DNA of 64,000 nt, taken from contig CAWJBB010000040.1 of NCBI GenBank assembly GCA_963840855.1, positions 263,707 through 327,706 on the forward strand, read 5' to 3'. Below, one piece after another: positions 36,685 through 46,560 of the stretch; positions within the stretch are counted from its first letter, which is position 1, and each line of letters begins with the position of its first letter. Below the pieces are notes generated by a model that saw only the letters and a list, made by a program, of their open reading frames with translations, was not told the DNA's origin and ran no database searches. A program made the position numbers and the translations under genes. Source of the DNA: an uncultured delta proteobacterium (GTDB taxonomy: Bacteria; Desulfobacterota; Binatia; UBA9968).

Positions 36685-39600
36685 ATGGAGGTTTCACGAC
36701 GAGATTTTCTGCGGCTTTCAGTCGCAGCAGGCACCGGCACGGCGCTCGGCGGCCTCATTGGTTCAGGCGTTAACTTAGGTCCGGCCGTCGCGCGGGCGCA
36801 GGAACTGAGAATCAAAGACGCCAAGGTCACCCCGAGCGTCTGCCCCTATTGCTCGGTGGGATGCGGCACGCTCATCCACACCGTCAACGGCCAGATCGTC
36901 AATATCGAGGGCGACCCACGCAGCCCGCACAATGAAGGCACGCTTTGTCCCAAGGGCGCGGCCATCTTTCAGCTCCACGTAAACCCCAATCGTCCGATTC
37001 AGGTTCTCCACCGCGCCGCCGGCGCCGCCGATTGGGAGGTATGGGACCTCGAGCGTGCGATGAACCGCATCGCCGAGCTGGTGAAGAAAACGCGCGACGA
37101 GACCTTCATCGAAAAGCTCCCCAACGGCAAGCTCGTCAACATGACCCCCGCCATCTTCGCCCTGGGCGGGGCCACGCTCGAAGTCGAGTTCAACCACGTG
37201 CATCAAAAGCTCATGCGCGGCCTCGGCATCGTGGCGATAGAGAACCAGGCGCGGATATGACACAGCTCTAGCGTCCCCGGTCTGGGGACACGCTTCGGTC
37301 GCGGCGCGGCCACCCTCTACCCCCGGAGCATGTACGACTCCGACTGCATTGTCGTCATGGGCTCCAATATGGCGGAGAACCATCCCGTCGCCTTCCGTTG
37401 GCCAATGAAGGCCAAGGTCGAGCACGGCGCCAAGATCATCCACGTCGATCCCCGCTTCACCCGCACCAGCGCCGTCGCGGATATCTACGCGCCGGTGCGC
37501 GCGGGATCGGACATCGCCTTTCTGGGCGGCGTCATCAATTATGTCATCAACAGCGAGAAGTGGAACACGGACCCGTTCTTCAAAAAATTTGTCGTGAACT
37601 ACACGAACGCCGCGACGATCATCAACGAGGACTTCAAGGACACCGAAGATTTGGACGGAGTCTTCTCGGGCCTCATGCAGTCCAAGGGCGGGATGCCGGA
37701 GTGGCCGTTCAACGGTTTTACCAATCAGTACGATGGCGCGACCTGGCAATATGCCCGCACGAAGGTCGGCGCCCAGGGTGAAGGGGCGGCGCCGACGGCG
37801 AAGTCCGGTGAGACGCCCACATCGTCGGGACCGACCGGGACAAAACACCGGCGACGCCTGCATCTGCGCCTGCGTCAGCGGCCGCCAAAGCCCCACAGGG
37901 GCCGCCCTTCGCGCCGCTCGTAGCGTCGTTGGTGCGACCGCCGGCGCTGAAGGACGAGACGCTGCAGAACCCGCGCTGCGTGTTTCAGATCGTCAAACGG
38001 CATTTCGCGCGCTACACGCCGGAAATGGTCGAGAAGGCCACCGGCTGTCCCAAGGAACAGTTTCTCAAGGTCGCCGAGACTATTCTGGCCAATTCAGGCG
38101 CGGACCGGACGACTTCGTTCGCCTACGCCGTGGCCTGGACTCAGCACACCTACGGCGTCCAGATCATCGGCGCGTGCGCGCTGTTGCAGCTTCTGCTCGG
38201 CAACATCGGCCGGCCGGGCGCCGGCGTCATGGCGCTGCGCGGCCACGCCTCGATCCAGGGCTCGACCGATATCCCTACGCTCTATCATTCGATCCAGGGT
38301 TATCTGGCGGCGCCGACGGCGCTGAAGAAGCACGACACGCTGCAAGATTACATCGCGGCCGAGACGATACCCACGGGCTACTGGGCGAACATGCCGAAAT
38401 TCATGGTTTCATACCTTAAATCGATGTACGGCGACGCCGCGACCAAGGATAACCAGTTCGGCTACGACTGGCATCCGAAGATTCTCGGCGACCACTCGCA
38501 CATGGCGATGTTCGCGGCGATGAACGCCGGCAAGGTGAAGGGGATGATCTGCGTCGGGCAGAACCCCGCCACCTCGATCAACGCCAAGCTCGAGCGGGCG
38601 GGACTCAGGAAGCTCGAATGGCTGGTGGTGAAGGACAACTGGATCACGGAGACGGCAAATTACTGGAAAAATGCGCCGGAAGTCAAAAACGGCGAGGTGA
38701 AGACGGCCGACATCAAAACGGAAGTGTTCTACTTGCCGGCCACCCAGGTCGCCGAGCTCGAAGGCACCTTCACGAACACCCAGCGCCTGCTGCAGTTCCA
38801 TCACAAAGCGGCCGAGGCCCCCGGCGATTGCCGGTCGGACACGTTGTTCAGCTACGATCTCGGCAAGCGGCTGAAGAAGCTTTACGCCAATTCCACACTG
38901 CCGCGCGATGAAGGATGGAAGAACCTCGTGTGGGATTACGAGCACGAGGACGAAGCCGAGCGCAAAAAGGGCGAGCCTTCGGCGCTGAAGATCCTGAAAG
39001 AGATCAATGGCTTTTTCACCGAAGACTCCGCGCGCCATTGCGTCGGTTTCGGAGAGCTTCAGGACGACGGCTCGACGACTTGCGCGTCGTGGATCTATTC
39101 CGGGGTCTATCCGGGCCGGGCAAGCTGCTCGCCGACAGGCGCACGCCCGACGCGCCGGGACAGCCGGGTGCTCAACTTCAGTGGGGTTGGGCTTGGCCGG
39201 CCAACCGACGTGTTATGTATAACCGCGCGTCGGCCGATCCCGAAGGGAAACCGTGGAGCGAAAAGAAAAAGTGGGTGTGGTGGGATGCGGAGGCGAAGAA
39301 ATGGGCCGGCTACGATGTGCCCGACTATATCGCGGCGAAGCCGCCTACGGACAAAGCGAAACCCGGCGCGGCCGGCATGGATGCGCTTCCCGGCACCGCG
39401 CCATTTATCATGCGGCCGGATGGTCTTGGATGGCTCTTTGTCCCGGCGGGGCTCGTGGACGGGCCGCTGCCGACGCACTACGAACCGGTCGAGTCGCCGG
39501 TCGCCAATTCGCTATACAAACAGCAGACCACCCCGGTCTTCAAGCACTGGAAGGATACCCCCGGCAACGAGCTGGCGAAGATGGGCGACCCGAAGTTCCC

Positions 39601-39985
39601 TTATGTCCTGACCACATACCGGCTGACCGAGCACTATCTCGCGGGCGGTATGAGCCGCTGGCTGCCGTGGCTGAACGAGCTGCAGCCCGAGCTGTTCGTC
39701 GAAATCAGCCCGGAGCTGGCGCAGGAGAAGGGCATCAAGAATCTCGACTGGTGCAAGATCTCCAGCCCGCGCACGCAGATCCGCGCCAAGGCTCTTGTCA
39801 CGCGCCGGATGCAGCCCTTCAAGATCGACGGCAAAGTCATCCACCAGGTCGGCATGCCCTGGCACTGGGGTTATGAAGGTCTGTCCACGGGCGACGTCGT
39901 CAACGAGTTGACGTCCCTGATAGCCGATCCGAACGTTTCGATGCACGAAGGAAAAGCGTTTGTGTGCAACGTCGAGAAGGCGTGA
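36685..39985 (+). CDS. fdnG: periplasmic formate dehydrogenase catalytic subunit, selenocysteine-containing; 2 frame breaks in this sequence
   Basis: Tat signal SRRDFLRLS and 4Fe-4S motif CPYCSVGCG. An in-frame TGA at 37258 sits in the ENQARI-U-HS context matching the FdnG Sec position. Pieces in frames 1, 0 and 2 join at about 37812-37820 and about 39111-39121 into a colinear FdnG-like protein ending FVCNVEKA. Confidence 0.85.
37258..37293 (+). promoter_or_regulatory. Sec UGA codon plus candidate bacterial SECIS hairpin
   Basis: TGA at 37258-37260. Stem gtcccc/ggggac (37273-37278 and 37284-37289) with a GGUCU apical loop, extendable by gc/gc. This resembles the E. coli fdhF SECIS loop as I recall it. 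Confidence 0.6.
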
Positions 39986-39994
39986 AAATCGTGA

Positions 39995-40046
39995 TCGTGC
40001 TCGTGACTCGTGCTCGTCAACTCACGAACACGAAACACGAACACGA
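39995..40046. repeat. intercistronic GAAC/GTTC-periodic hairpin between fdnG and fdnH
   Basis: Arms tcgtgctcgtgactcgtgctcgt and acgaacacgaaacacgaacacga (19 of 23 pairs by hand), loop caactc. Confidence 0.5.
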
Positions 40047-40072
40047 CGGCTGGGATAGGAAAGGGGCACTTT

Positions 40073-40873
40073 ATGGCTGAGCCAATGGGTTTTTACACCG
40101 ACACCACCGTATGCATCGGCTGCAAAGCTTGCGAGGTGGCCTGCAAAGAGTGGAACCAGCTTCCTAGCACCAACGGCGGCCTGAACACGTTGAGCGGCGA
40201 CAGCTACGACAACACGCGCCGTCTCGACGGCATCCACTGGCGGCACGTCAAGTTCATCGAGCAGTTCACGGAGGACCGGAAGGACGGCCGCTGGCTCCTG
40301 ATGAGCGACGTGTGCAAGCACTGCGTCAACGCGCCTTGCCTCGAGGTCTGTCCGACGGGCGCGATCGTCCGCACAGAGTTCGACACCGTCGTAATTCAAT
40401 CCGACGCCTGCAATGGCTGCCGAGATTGTATTTCGGCCTGCCCGTTCGGCGTGATCGAAGTCAATCCGGCGTCGGGGACCGCGCAAAAGTGCACGCTCTG
40501 TTACGATCGTCTGCAGGGCGGGATGGAGCCGGCCTGCTCGAAGGCCTGTCCAACCGATTCGATTCAGTTCGGCACAATTCGCGAGCTGAAAGACAGAGCC
40601 CAAAAACGGGTGGAGCAATTGCACCAGACGGGCGAGAAGCGGGCCTACCTATACGGCGCGGACGAAAAGGTGCTCGGCGGGCTCAACTCGTTCTACCTGC
40701 TGGTGGACAAACCGGAAGTGTACGGCTTGCCGCCCGATCCTAAAATGCCCACGCGCAATCTTGCGTCGGCCTCGTGGTTTTCCGTCTTGGGCGCTGTTTT
40801 GGTCGGTCTGATGGGCGTCATCAATTTCCGCAATCGGGGCGCCAGGCTGGAGGACGGTGAGGAGCGGCCATGA
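40073..40873 (+). CDS. fdnH: formate dehydrogenase iron-sulfur subunit with C-terminal TM anchor
   Basis: Four Cys clusters (CIGCKACEVACKEWN, CKHCVNAPCLEVCP, CNGCRDCISACP, CTLCYDR...CSKACP) and a C-terminal helix WFSVLGAVLVGLMGVINF. Confidence 0.9.
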   Translation: MAEPMGFYTDTTVCIGCKACEVACKEWNQLPSTNGGLNTLSGDSYDNTRRLDGIHWRHVKFIEQFTEDRKDGRWLLMSDVCKHCVNAPCLEVCPTGAIVRTEFDTVVIQSDACNGCRDCISACPFGVIEVNPASGTAQKCTLCYDRLQGGMEPACSKACPTDSIQFGTIRELKDRAQKRVEQLHQTGEKRAYLYGADEKVLGGLNSFYLLVDKPEVYGLPPDPKMPTRNLASASWFSVLGAVLVGLMGVINFRNRGARLEDGEERP

Positions 40874-41775
40874 ATACATTTCCCTCCAGCACCTATTTCA
40901 GTGCTCCGCCGGACTGGGGCTGGCTCATCGTTTTTTACTTTTTTTTCGGCGGCCTCGCCGGCGGATGCTATTTTCTCGCCGTGCTGATCGATCTGCTTGG
41001 CCGGCCGGAGGACCGTCCTCTGGCCCGCCTGGGTTACTATGTCGCATTTCCGTGCGTGGTTTTGAGCGGGCTGCTGTTGACCCTTGATCTCAATCGGCCG
41101 CTGCGTTTTTGGCATATGCTGATCGAGTCGAACACTTTTCGGCCGATGATCAAATTCTGGTCTCCTATGTCGGTGGGCTCCTGGGCGCTTTTGATCTTTG
41201 GAATTTTCAGCCTGATCTCTTTTATCGGAGCGCTTGCGGAAGACGGCCGTCTCGACTGGCCGGCTTGGCGCAAAGTGCGTCCACCGGGAGTGCTGAGCGG
41301 CGTGATTGCCGTGCTCGGCGGGCTCGTCGGGTTTTACTTCGCCGGCTACACCGGAGTCCTTCTCGCTGTAACCAATCGCCCAATCTGGTCGGACACGCCT
41401 CTGCTCGGCATGCTTTTCGTCGTGTCCGCCGCGTCCATATCAGCGGCGTTGATGATCCTCCTCGCGCGTAGATCGAAATGGACGATGCCCGGTATCGCCG
41501 CCCTGCACCGGATGGATGCGTGGGTAGTTGGTTTGGAACTTATTGTGCTGATCGCAGTCATGATCTCACTCGGACCCGTATTTCGCGCATGGCTGAACGC
41601 TTGGGGCCTGCTGCTTTTTTTCGGAGTCATCGTCGCCGGCATGCTCGTTCCCCTGGCTCTTTATTGGCGCCGGCAGTGGCTCGGCGAGCGTAATCTCACC
41701 ACGGCTGCGGTGCTGGTATTGGTCGGCGGATTTCTTCTGCGCCTGGTCATCGTCTTTTCGGCCCAAGGAGTGTAA
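40870..41775 (+). CDS. NrfD/PsrC-type integral membrane quinone-interacting subunit
   Basis: 8 or so TM helices and WGWLIVFYFFFGGLAGG motif. ATGA overlap with the fdnH stop. Confidence 0.8.
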   Translation: MNTFPSSTYFSAPPDWGWLIVFYFFFGGLAGGCYFLAVLIDLLGRPEDRPLARLGYYVAFPCVVLSGLLLTLDLNRPLRFWHMLIESNTFRPMIKFWSPMSVGSWALLIFGIFSLISFIGALAEDGRLDWPAWRKVRPPGVLSGVIAVLGGLVGFYFAGYTGVLLAVTNRPIWSDTPLLGMLFVVSAASISAALMILLARRSKWTMPGIAALHRMDAWVVGLELIVLIAVMISLGPVFRAWLNAWGLLLFFGVIVAGMLVPLALYWRRQWLGERNLTTAAVLVLVGGFLLRLVIVFSAQGV

Positions 41776-41776
41776 C

Positions 41777-42007
41777 GTGGGCGCATTGATTCTTTTCGTT
41801 GCCGTTTCGCTTTGCGTCGTCGGCTGCGCCAGCCCGGAGATGACGCGGACGCGCGGCGGCGGCCCGGGAGCCGATATTGGCAACCGCGATAAACTTGTGC
41901 AGATGCACGAAGGCGCAAAGCCGTTCGAGAAAACTCCTAAGATCATTCCCACCAAGCATCCGCCTTTAGAACCTGCCAACCAGGCGGATCAACTCAGCCG
42001 CCGATGA
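41777..42007 (+). CDS. small putative lipoprotein inside the fdh operon
   Basis: GTG start 6 nt after AAGGAG, signal peptide with LCVVGC lipobox, ATGA overlap with the fdhE start. Confidence 0.5.
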   Translation: MGALILFVAVSLCVVGCASPEMTRTRGGGPGADIGNRDKLVQMHEGAKPFEKTPKIIPTKHPPLEPANQADQLSRR

Positions 42008-42870
42008 CGGCAATCGATACCGGCCTGCAAGATCTAAAGCGCCATCATCCGGAGTGGGAGCCGTGGCTCGCCGTCGTTCAGGCAATTCTACGCGAAATCG
42101 AAGATCCCAAATGGGACGGGGTTGTTCCGCTTCGCGCGCAGGCACAGAGCAAGGTTCCGCTCCTCGCCGAAGCCAAACTAGAGTTCGAGAAGAGTTTGGT
42201 TCGCCCGTTCTCGGAGCAGCTGATGGGCATCGCTTGCCGGAGCGGAACGCCACAGATGGCGACCTTGAAAGCGGCGCTACACGCCAAGTTGGATGTTTTC
42301 ACTCTGTTCAGAGCAGCGCTTAACCAGGATAGCGATCGTATAAAAGAAGCCGCGGTTGCTCTCGGCGCCGATTCCGAGGCGTTCCATGCGGTTGCGGTTT
42401 TAATGCCCGTGCCGTTCCTGCACGCTTGCAACCGCCATTGGGCACGCTCCATAGCGGTGAGCTGGATGGAAGGGTATTGCCCTGTGTGCGGCGCCTGGCC
42501 GGCATTTGCCGAGGTGCGCGGTATCGAACGGAGCCGCTACCTCCGCTGCGGCCGCTGCGGCGGGGAGTGGCAAGCGCGCCTATTGTTTTGTCCCTATTGC
42601 GGCAACACCGATCACAAAGAGCAGGTCTCGTTGGTGGCGGAGAGTAGTCCGAAATCGGCGGTGGACGCCTGCAAGCGCTGTCTGGGTTATGTCAAGATTT
42701 TTACCACGCTGCAGGGGAGCCCGCCCGCCAAGGTTATCCTCGACGATCTCGCCAGCGTTGAGCTGGATGTCGCCGCCGCCGGGCAAGGATACAAACGCCC
42801 TCAAGGCGCCGGCTATTCTCTAAACGTAATGGTGACTGGAAACGGCGCATCGCGCGACCGCTTTGCCTGA
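42004..42870 (+). CDS. fdhE: formate dehydrogenase accessory protein FdhE
   Basis: Paired CxxC motifs (CPVCG, CGRCG, CPYCG, CKRCLGY) with FdhE spacing. Confidence 0.85.
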   Translation: MTAIDTGLQDLKRHHPEWEPWLAVVQAILREIEDPKWDGVVPLRAQAQSKVPLLAEAKLEFEKSLVRPFSEQLMGIACRSGTPQMATLKAALHAKLDVFTLFRAALNQDSDRIKEAAVALGADSEAFHAVAVLMPVPFLHACNRHWARSIAVSWMEGYCPVCGAWPAFAEVRGIERSRYLRCGRCGGEWQARLLFCPYCGNTDHKEQVSLVAESSPKSAVDACKRCLGYVKIFTTLQGSPPAKVILDDLASVELDVAAAGQGYKRPQGAGYSLNVMVTGNGASRDRFA

Positions 42871-42874
42871 AGCC

Positions 42875-43258
42875 ATGAGTGAAGGTAAGGAGTCATTGCA
42901 ATCTTTTCGCCCAGCCGACGTTTGCAGAGCCTTGCTCGCCGCGCTCGAGGGCGCCGAAGGGCGCAGAAAAAAACGCAAGCGCGATCAAACACCCGACGCC
43001 ATCGGACTTGCGGTCAAGCGCGAGATCCTTGAACGGGTCGTTCAAGACGACCCTGACTCGGATATGTTCGAGGGGTGGCTGCTCAACTATTCCCAAAAAA
43101 GCGAGAGCAATCATTCCTCAGGCGCCGTATCGGCGATGGCTAGAGCAGTCCTCGACGAATGGCGCCTGGCCCATTCTATGCGTGATTTCAAAGCGTGGCT
43201 CGACCGCGGTGCGCCAAGCGATGATGCCGATGCCGGCCCCGCCACTCCGCGTCAGTGA
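42875..43258 (+). CDS. hypothetical protein
   Basis: Protein-like composition in this frame only. Starts 5 nt after the fdhE stop. No recognisable motif. Confidence 0.4.
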   Translation: MSEGKESLQSFRPADVCRALLAALEGAEGRRKKRKRDQTPDAIGLAVKREILERVVQDDPDSDMFEGWLLNYSQKSESNHSSGAVSAMARAVLDEWRLAHSMRDFKAWLDRGAPSDDADAGPATPRQ

Positions 43259-43306
43259 GAAATCCCCAAGGTAGTTGCTGAAAATATCGATAGACTGCCG
43301 CCCACG

Positions 43307-44383
43307 TTAACGCAACTGCCCGCCGGCGATATGGACGAACCCGCTCATCTCGTGCGGCCAGGTCACGGCTTGGGCCTTGCACACATAGTTGGCGGTTATC
43401 TGGTCGAGTCGCGTTACCCCCAACAAGGCCATGTCGATGACGAGTTCTTCTTCGAGCAATTCGAGCACGCGCACCAATCCGGCCGCTCCGCCCGCGCCTA
43501 GGCCCCAGCCCTGGAGCTTGCCGATGGTCACCGCCTTGGCTCCGAACGCCAAGGCTTTGACGATATCGGTTCCGCGCGTCACCCCGCCGTCGAGCACGAT
43601 GTCCGCTTTGCCCGCCGCGGCCTCGACGATTTCAGGTAGCGTATCGATGGTGCCCCGGCCATGATCCAACTGCCGCCCGCCGTGGTTGGAAACATAAATC
43701 ACGTCGACGCCATGCTCCACGGCCAATTTGGCATCTTCCGCCGTGGCGACGCCCTTTAAAATAAACGGCAAGCCGGCGATTTTTTTAATCGCATCCATAG
43801 TTTCCCAGGTTAACATGCCCTGATAATGCCGATTCGTTTCAGATCTTCTGCTCGGCGGCTGCCAACGGTTGAGCAACGGCCGTTCGCGGCGGCTGTAGTG
43901 CGCGGTGTCGACGGTAAGACACAGGGCCATATAACCGGCCTTCTTGACCCGCCCGATGATTTCCGCGCACCAGTCCAAATCGCCGCGCACATAGAGTTGA
44001 AAAATCTTCGGGTGGTTCGTGCTCGCGGCGATTTCTTCCAGGCTCGGTTGCGTGACCGAGCTGACGAAGTTCATGCTGCCGAACTCCGCGGCGGCCTTCG
44101 CCACGGCGACTCCGCCCTCGGGCGTGATCGTTTGCAGCGAACCGATGGGCGCCATCATTACCGGAATGCGCAGCTTCTGTCCCAAGAAGGTCGTCGAAGT
44201 GTCGACTTTGGAAACATCCACCAGCACCCGCGGCCGCAACGCGAGGGTATCGAAGCCCAAGCGGTTGCGCCGCATGGTGGTTTCCGACTCCGCGCCGCCG
44301 GTTAAATAATCCCAGACATCCTGTGGCAGATTGCGGCGCGCCGCCTGAATGATTTCTTGGTTGCTGACATAATCGAGGCTCAT
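43307..44383 (-). CDS. FMN-dependent alpha-hydroxy-acid oxidase/dehydrogenase (LldD/glycolate oxidase family)
   Basis: SNHGGRQLD and GGVTRGTD motifs. The MSLDYVSNQEI start is preferred. Confidence 0.85.
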   Translation of the reverse strand: MSLDYVSNQEIIQAARRNLPQDVWDYLTGGAESETTMRRNRLGFDTLALRPRVLVDVSKVDTSTTFLGQKLRIPVMMAPIGSLQTITPEGGVAVAKAAAEFGSMNFVSSVTQPSLEEIAASTNHPKIFQLYVRGDLDWCAEIIGRVKKAGYMALCLTVDTAHYSRRERPLLNRWQPPSRRSETNRHYQGMLTWETMDAIKKIAGLPFILKGVATAEDAKLAVEHGVDVIYVSNHGGRQLDHGRGTIDTLPEIVEAAAGKADIVLDGGVTRGTDIVKALAFGAKAVTIGKLQGWGLGAGGAAGLVRVLELLEEELVIDMALLGVTRLDQITANYVCKAQAVTWPHEMSGFVHIAGGQLR

Positions 44384-44611
44384 GATTGAATCTCCTTTTC
44401 CGCGCGAGCAATGAAATAGCATTGCAGGCAAACTTTTATTGCCGGAACACTATCGAACCGGGCAGGCTGCTGTCAAACTGCTTCGCTGCGATTCACTGTA
44501 TGGTTCAGTCTCAGAAATCTTAGGGGCATCCCCGTGCTGCCGTCAGGACCACGTCGCCCCAATCGATACATCTGTGAGCTGACACTTCGTCGCGACCCGC
44601 AGGGTAGTCCC

Positions 44612-44643
44612 GAAAAGAAAGGGAGGCACATGGCCTCCCTTTT
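44612..44643 (-). terminator. rho-independent terminator downstream of ilvD
   Basis: gggaggc-acatg-gcctccc stem-loop flanked by T-runs on both strands. Confidence 0.5.
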
Positions 44644-44646
44644 GAC

Positions 44647-44676
44647 GTTGAACCTTGAACTTTGAACTTTGAACGG
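44647..44676. repeat. tandem TTGAACY heptamers abutting the ilvD stop codon
   Basis: gttgaaccttgaactttgaactttgaacgg. Confidence 0.6.
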
Positions 44677-46350
44677 CTACTGGGTCACGGCACCTTCCGA
44701 CGCCGACGAGACCAGTTTGGCATACTTCGCCATGACGCCGCTCTTGTAACGCGGCGGCGGAGCGCTCCAGTTGCGCAAACGCGCAGACATTTCTTCGGCG
44801 GAGATATCTACGTCGAGGCGGCGCGCCTTGATATCGAAAATCACCGTATCGCCATCGCGCACGGCGGCGATGGGGCCGCCGTGGGCCGCTTCGGGCGCAA
44901 CATGACCGGCCATCAAGCCGTGGGTTGCACCGGAAAAGCGGCCGTCGGTGAGCAACGCGACCGAATCGCCTAATCCCGCGCCGACCAGCGCACCAGTCAC
45001 GCCGAGCATCTCGCGCATTCCGGGTCCGCCTTTGGGTCCCTCATAACGGATGACAACGACATCATTATCTTTAATCTTGCCCGTCTGCACCGCTTGGAAG
45101 GCGTCCTCTTCGCGGTCAAAAACCCGCGCCGGTCCCTTGTGGATCATTCTTTCGTGACCGGCGACTTTGACGACGCAACCTGCCGGCGCCAGGTTGCCCT
45201 TGAGAATCACCAACCCGCCGGTGGATTTCAGCGGATTGGCCATCTGCCGCACAACCTCTTGGCCCGCGGTTTCCTTCGTTATCTCGACTGCCTCGCGGAT
45301 GGTCTTGCCGGTCACGGTCATCGCGTCGCCGTGAATCAACCCGGCATCAACCAAGCGCTTGGCGACCAATTGAATCCCGCCGGCTTTATAAAGATCGTTG
45401 GCGACGAATCGTCCGCCCGGCTTCAGATCGGCGATGAGCGGCGTGCGCTCGCTGATCCGGTCGAAATCATCGATGGTTAGTTCGACGCCCGCTTCGCGCG
45501 CGATGGCGAGCAAGTGCAAAACCGCATTGGTGGAACCACCGGTGGCGGCAACGGAAGCGATGGCATTTTCAATCGACCGCCGTGTGATGATTTGCGACGG
45601 GCGCAAGTCGCGCCGCAGCATGTCAACCACGAGCTTGCCGGCGTTGAACGCCGCTTCGTCTTTCTCTCCTACGGTGGCGGGAATACCGTTGCTGCCCAGC
45701 GGCGAGATGCCAAGAAATTCCATCACTGTGGACATAGTGTTGGCGGTGAACTGCCCACCGCAGGCGCCCGCGCCGGGGCAGGCGGTGTTTTCGACCGCTC
45801 TGAACTGCTGCTCGTTGATGCGCCCGCTGGCGTAGGCGCCCACGGCTTCAAATACGTCTTGAATCGTCAGGTCCTTGTCATCCAGATGGCCCGGCGCGAT
45901 GGAGCCGCCGTAGAGCGCAAGGCCAGGAATATCGAGGCGCGCCAGCGCCATGACGACGCCGGGGTTGGTTTTATCGCAACCGGAAAGACAGATGAGTCCG
46001 TCGAAGTGATTCCCCCGCGCGACCAATTCAATGGAATCGGCGATCACCTCGCGGCTGATAAGCGAGCACTTCATGCCCTCGACCCCCATGCTGATGCCGT
46101 CGGAGATCGACACCGTATTGAACTCCATCGGCGTCGCGCCGGCGGCGCGGATGCCTTCTTTTACCTTGGCCGCCAGACGGCGCAAGTGCAAATTGCATGG
46201 GCCGATTTCGATCCAGGTATTGGCGACACCGATGATGGGACGCGACAAATCTTCGTCCGTAAACCCGGCCGCCTTCAGCATCGCCCGTGTCGGCGCGCGG
46301 TCCGGACCGTCGGTGATCACCCCGCTGCGCGGTTTCAGATTTTCCGCCAT
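44677..46350 (-). CDS. ilvD: dihydroxy-acid dehydratase
   Basis: 557 aa, SGCDKTNPG and FSGATHG motifs. Confidence 0.95.
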   Translation of the reverse strand: MAENLKPRSGVITDGPDRAPTRAMLKAAGFTDEDLSRPIIGVANTWIEIGPCNLHLRRLAAKVKEGIRAAGATPMEFNTVSISDGISMGVEGMKCSLISREVIADSIELVARGNHFDGLICLSGCDKTNPGVVMALARLDIPGLALYGGSIAPGHLDDKDLTIQDVFEAVGAYASGRINEQQFRAVENTACPGAGACGGQFTANTMSTVMEFLGISPLGSNGIPATVGEKDEAAFNAGKLVVDMLRRDLRPSQIITRRSIENAIASVAATGGSTNAVLHLLAIAREAGVELTIDDFDRISERTPLIADLKPGGRFVANDLYKAGGIQLVAKRLVDAGLIHGDAMTVTGKTIREAVEITKETAGQEVVRQMANPLKSTGGLVILKGNLAPAGCVVKVAGHERMIHKGPARVFDREEDAFQAVQTGKIKDNDVVVIRYEGPKGGPGMREMLGVTGALVGAGLGDSVALLTDGRFSGATHGLMAGHVAPEAAHGGPIAAVRDGDTVIFDIKARRLDVDISAEEMSARLRNWSAPPPRYKSGVMAKYAKLVSSASEGAVTQ

Positions 46351-46560
46351 GAATGACTCCTTTATTTCCTATCCGTGTTTTCAACTTAACTATGCACCCT
46401 GAGCTTTGCAACCATACTTGTGGATGTGCCGGACCCTCACGCATTTATCTCACATCGGAAAAACAGCGGGCAATTACAAAGAAGCCTTGCCTTTTTCCAA
46501 AATACCCCCGGCCATTTTCAATACTCCGAGCGCTCGGCTATAATTACAACCGACCTGCTC

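Noticed and set aside
37258-37260. Treating the TGA at 37258 as the true end of a 191-aa gene.
   Set aside because: The same frame continues open with FdnG-colinear sequence (HSSSVPGLGTRFGRG...). The codon aligns with the Sec position, and a SECIS-like hairpin follows.
36775-37896. 373-aa ORF antisense to fdnG. Similar long antisense ORFs occur at 4297-4983, 6162-6884, 14682-15389, 38409-39038, 40022-40624 and 45514-46356.
   Set aside because: Each lies fully inside a confidently identified gene on the other strand. All have Arg/Gly/Ala/Pro-rich low-complexity translations typical of shadow frames in GC-rich DNA, and none shows a recognisable motif.
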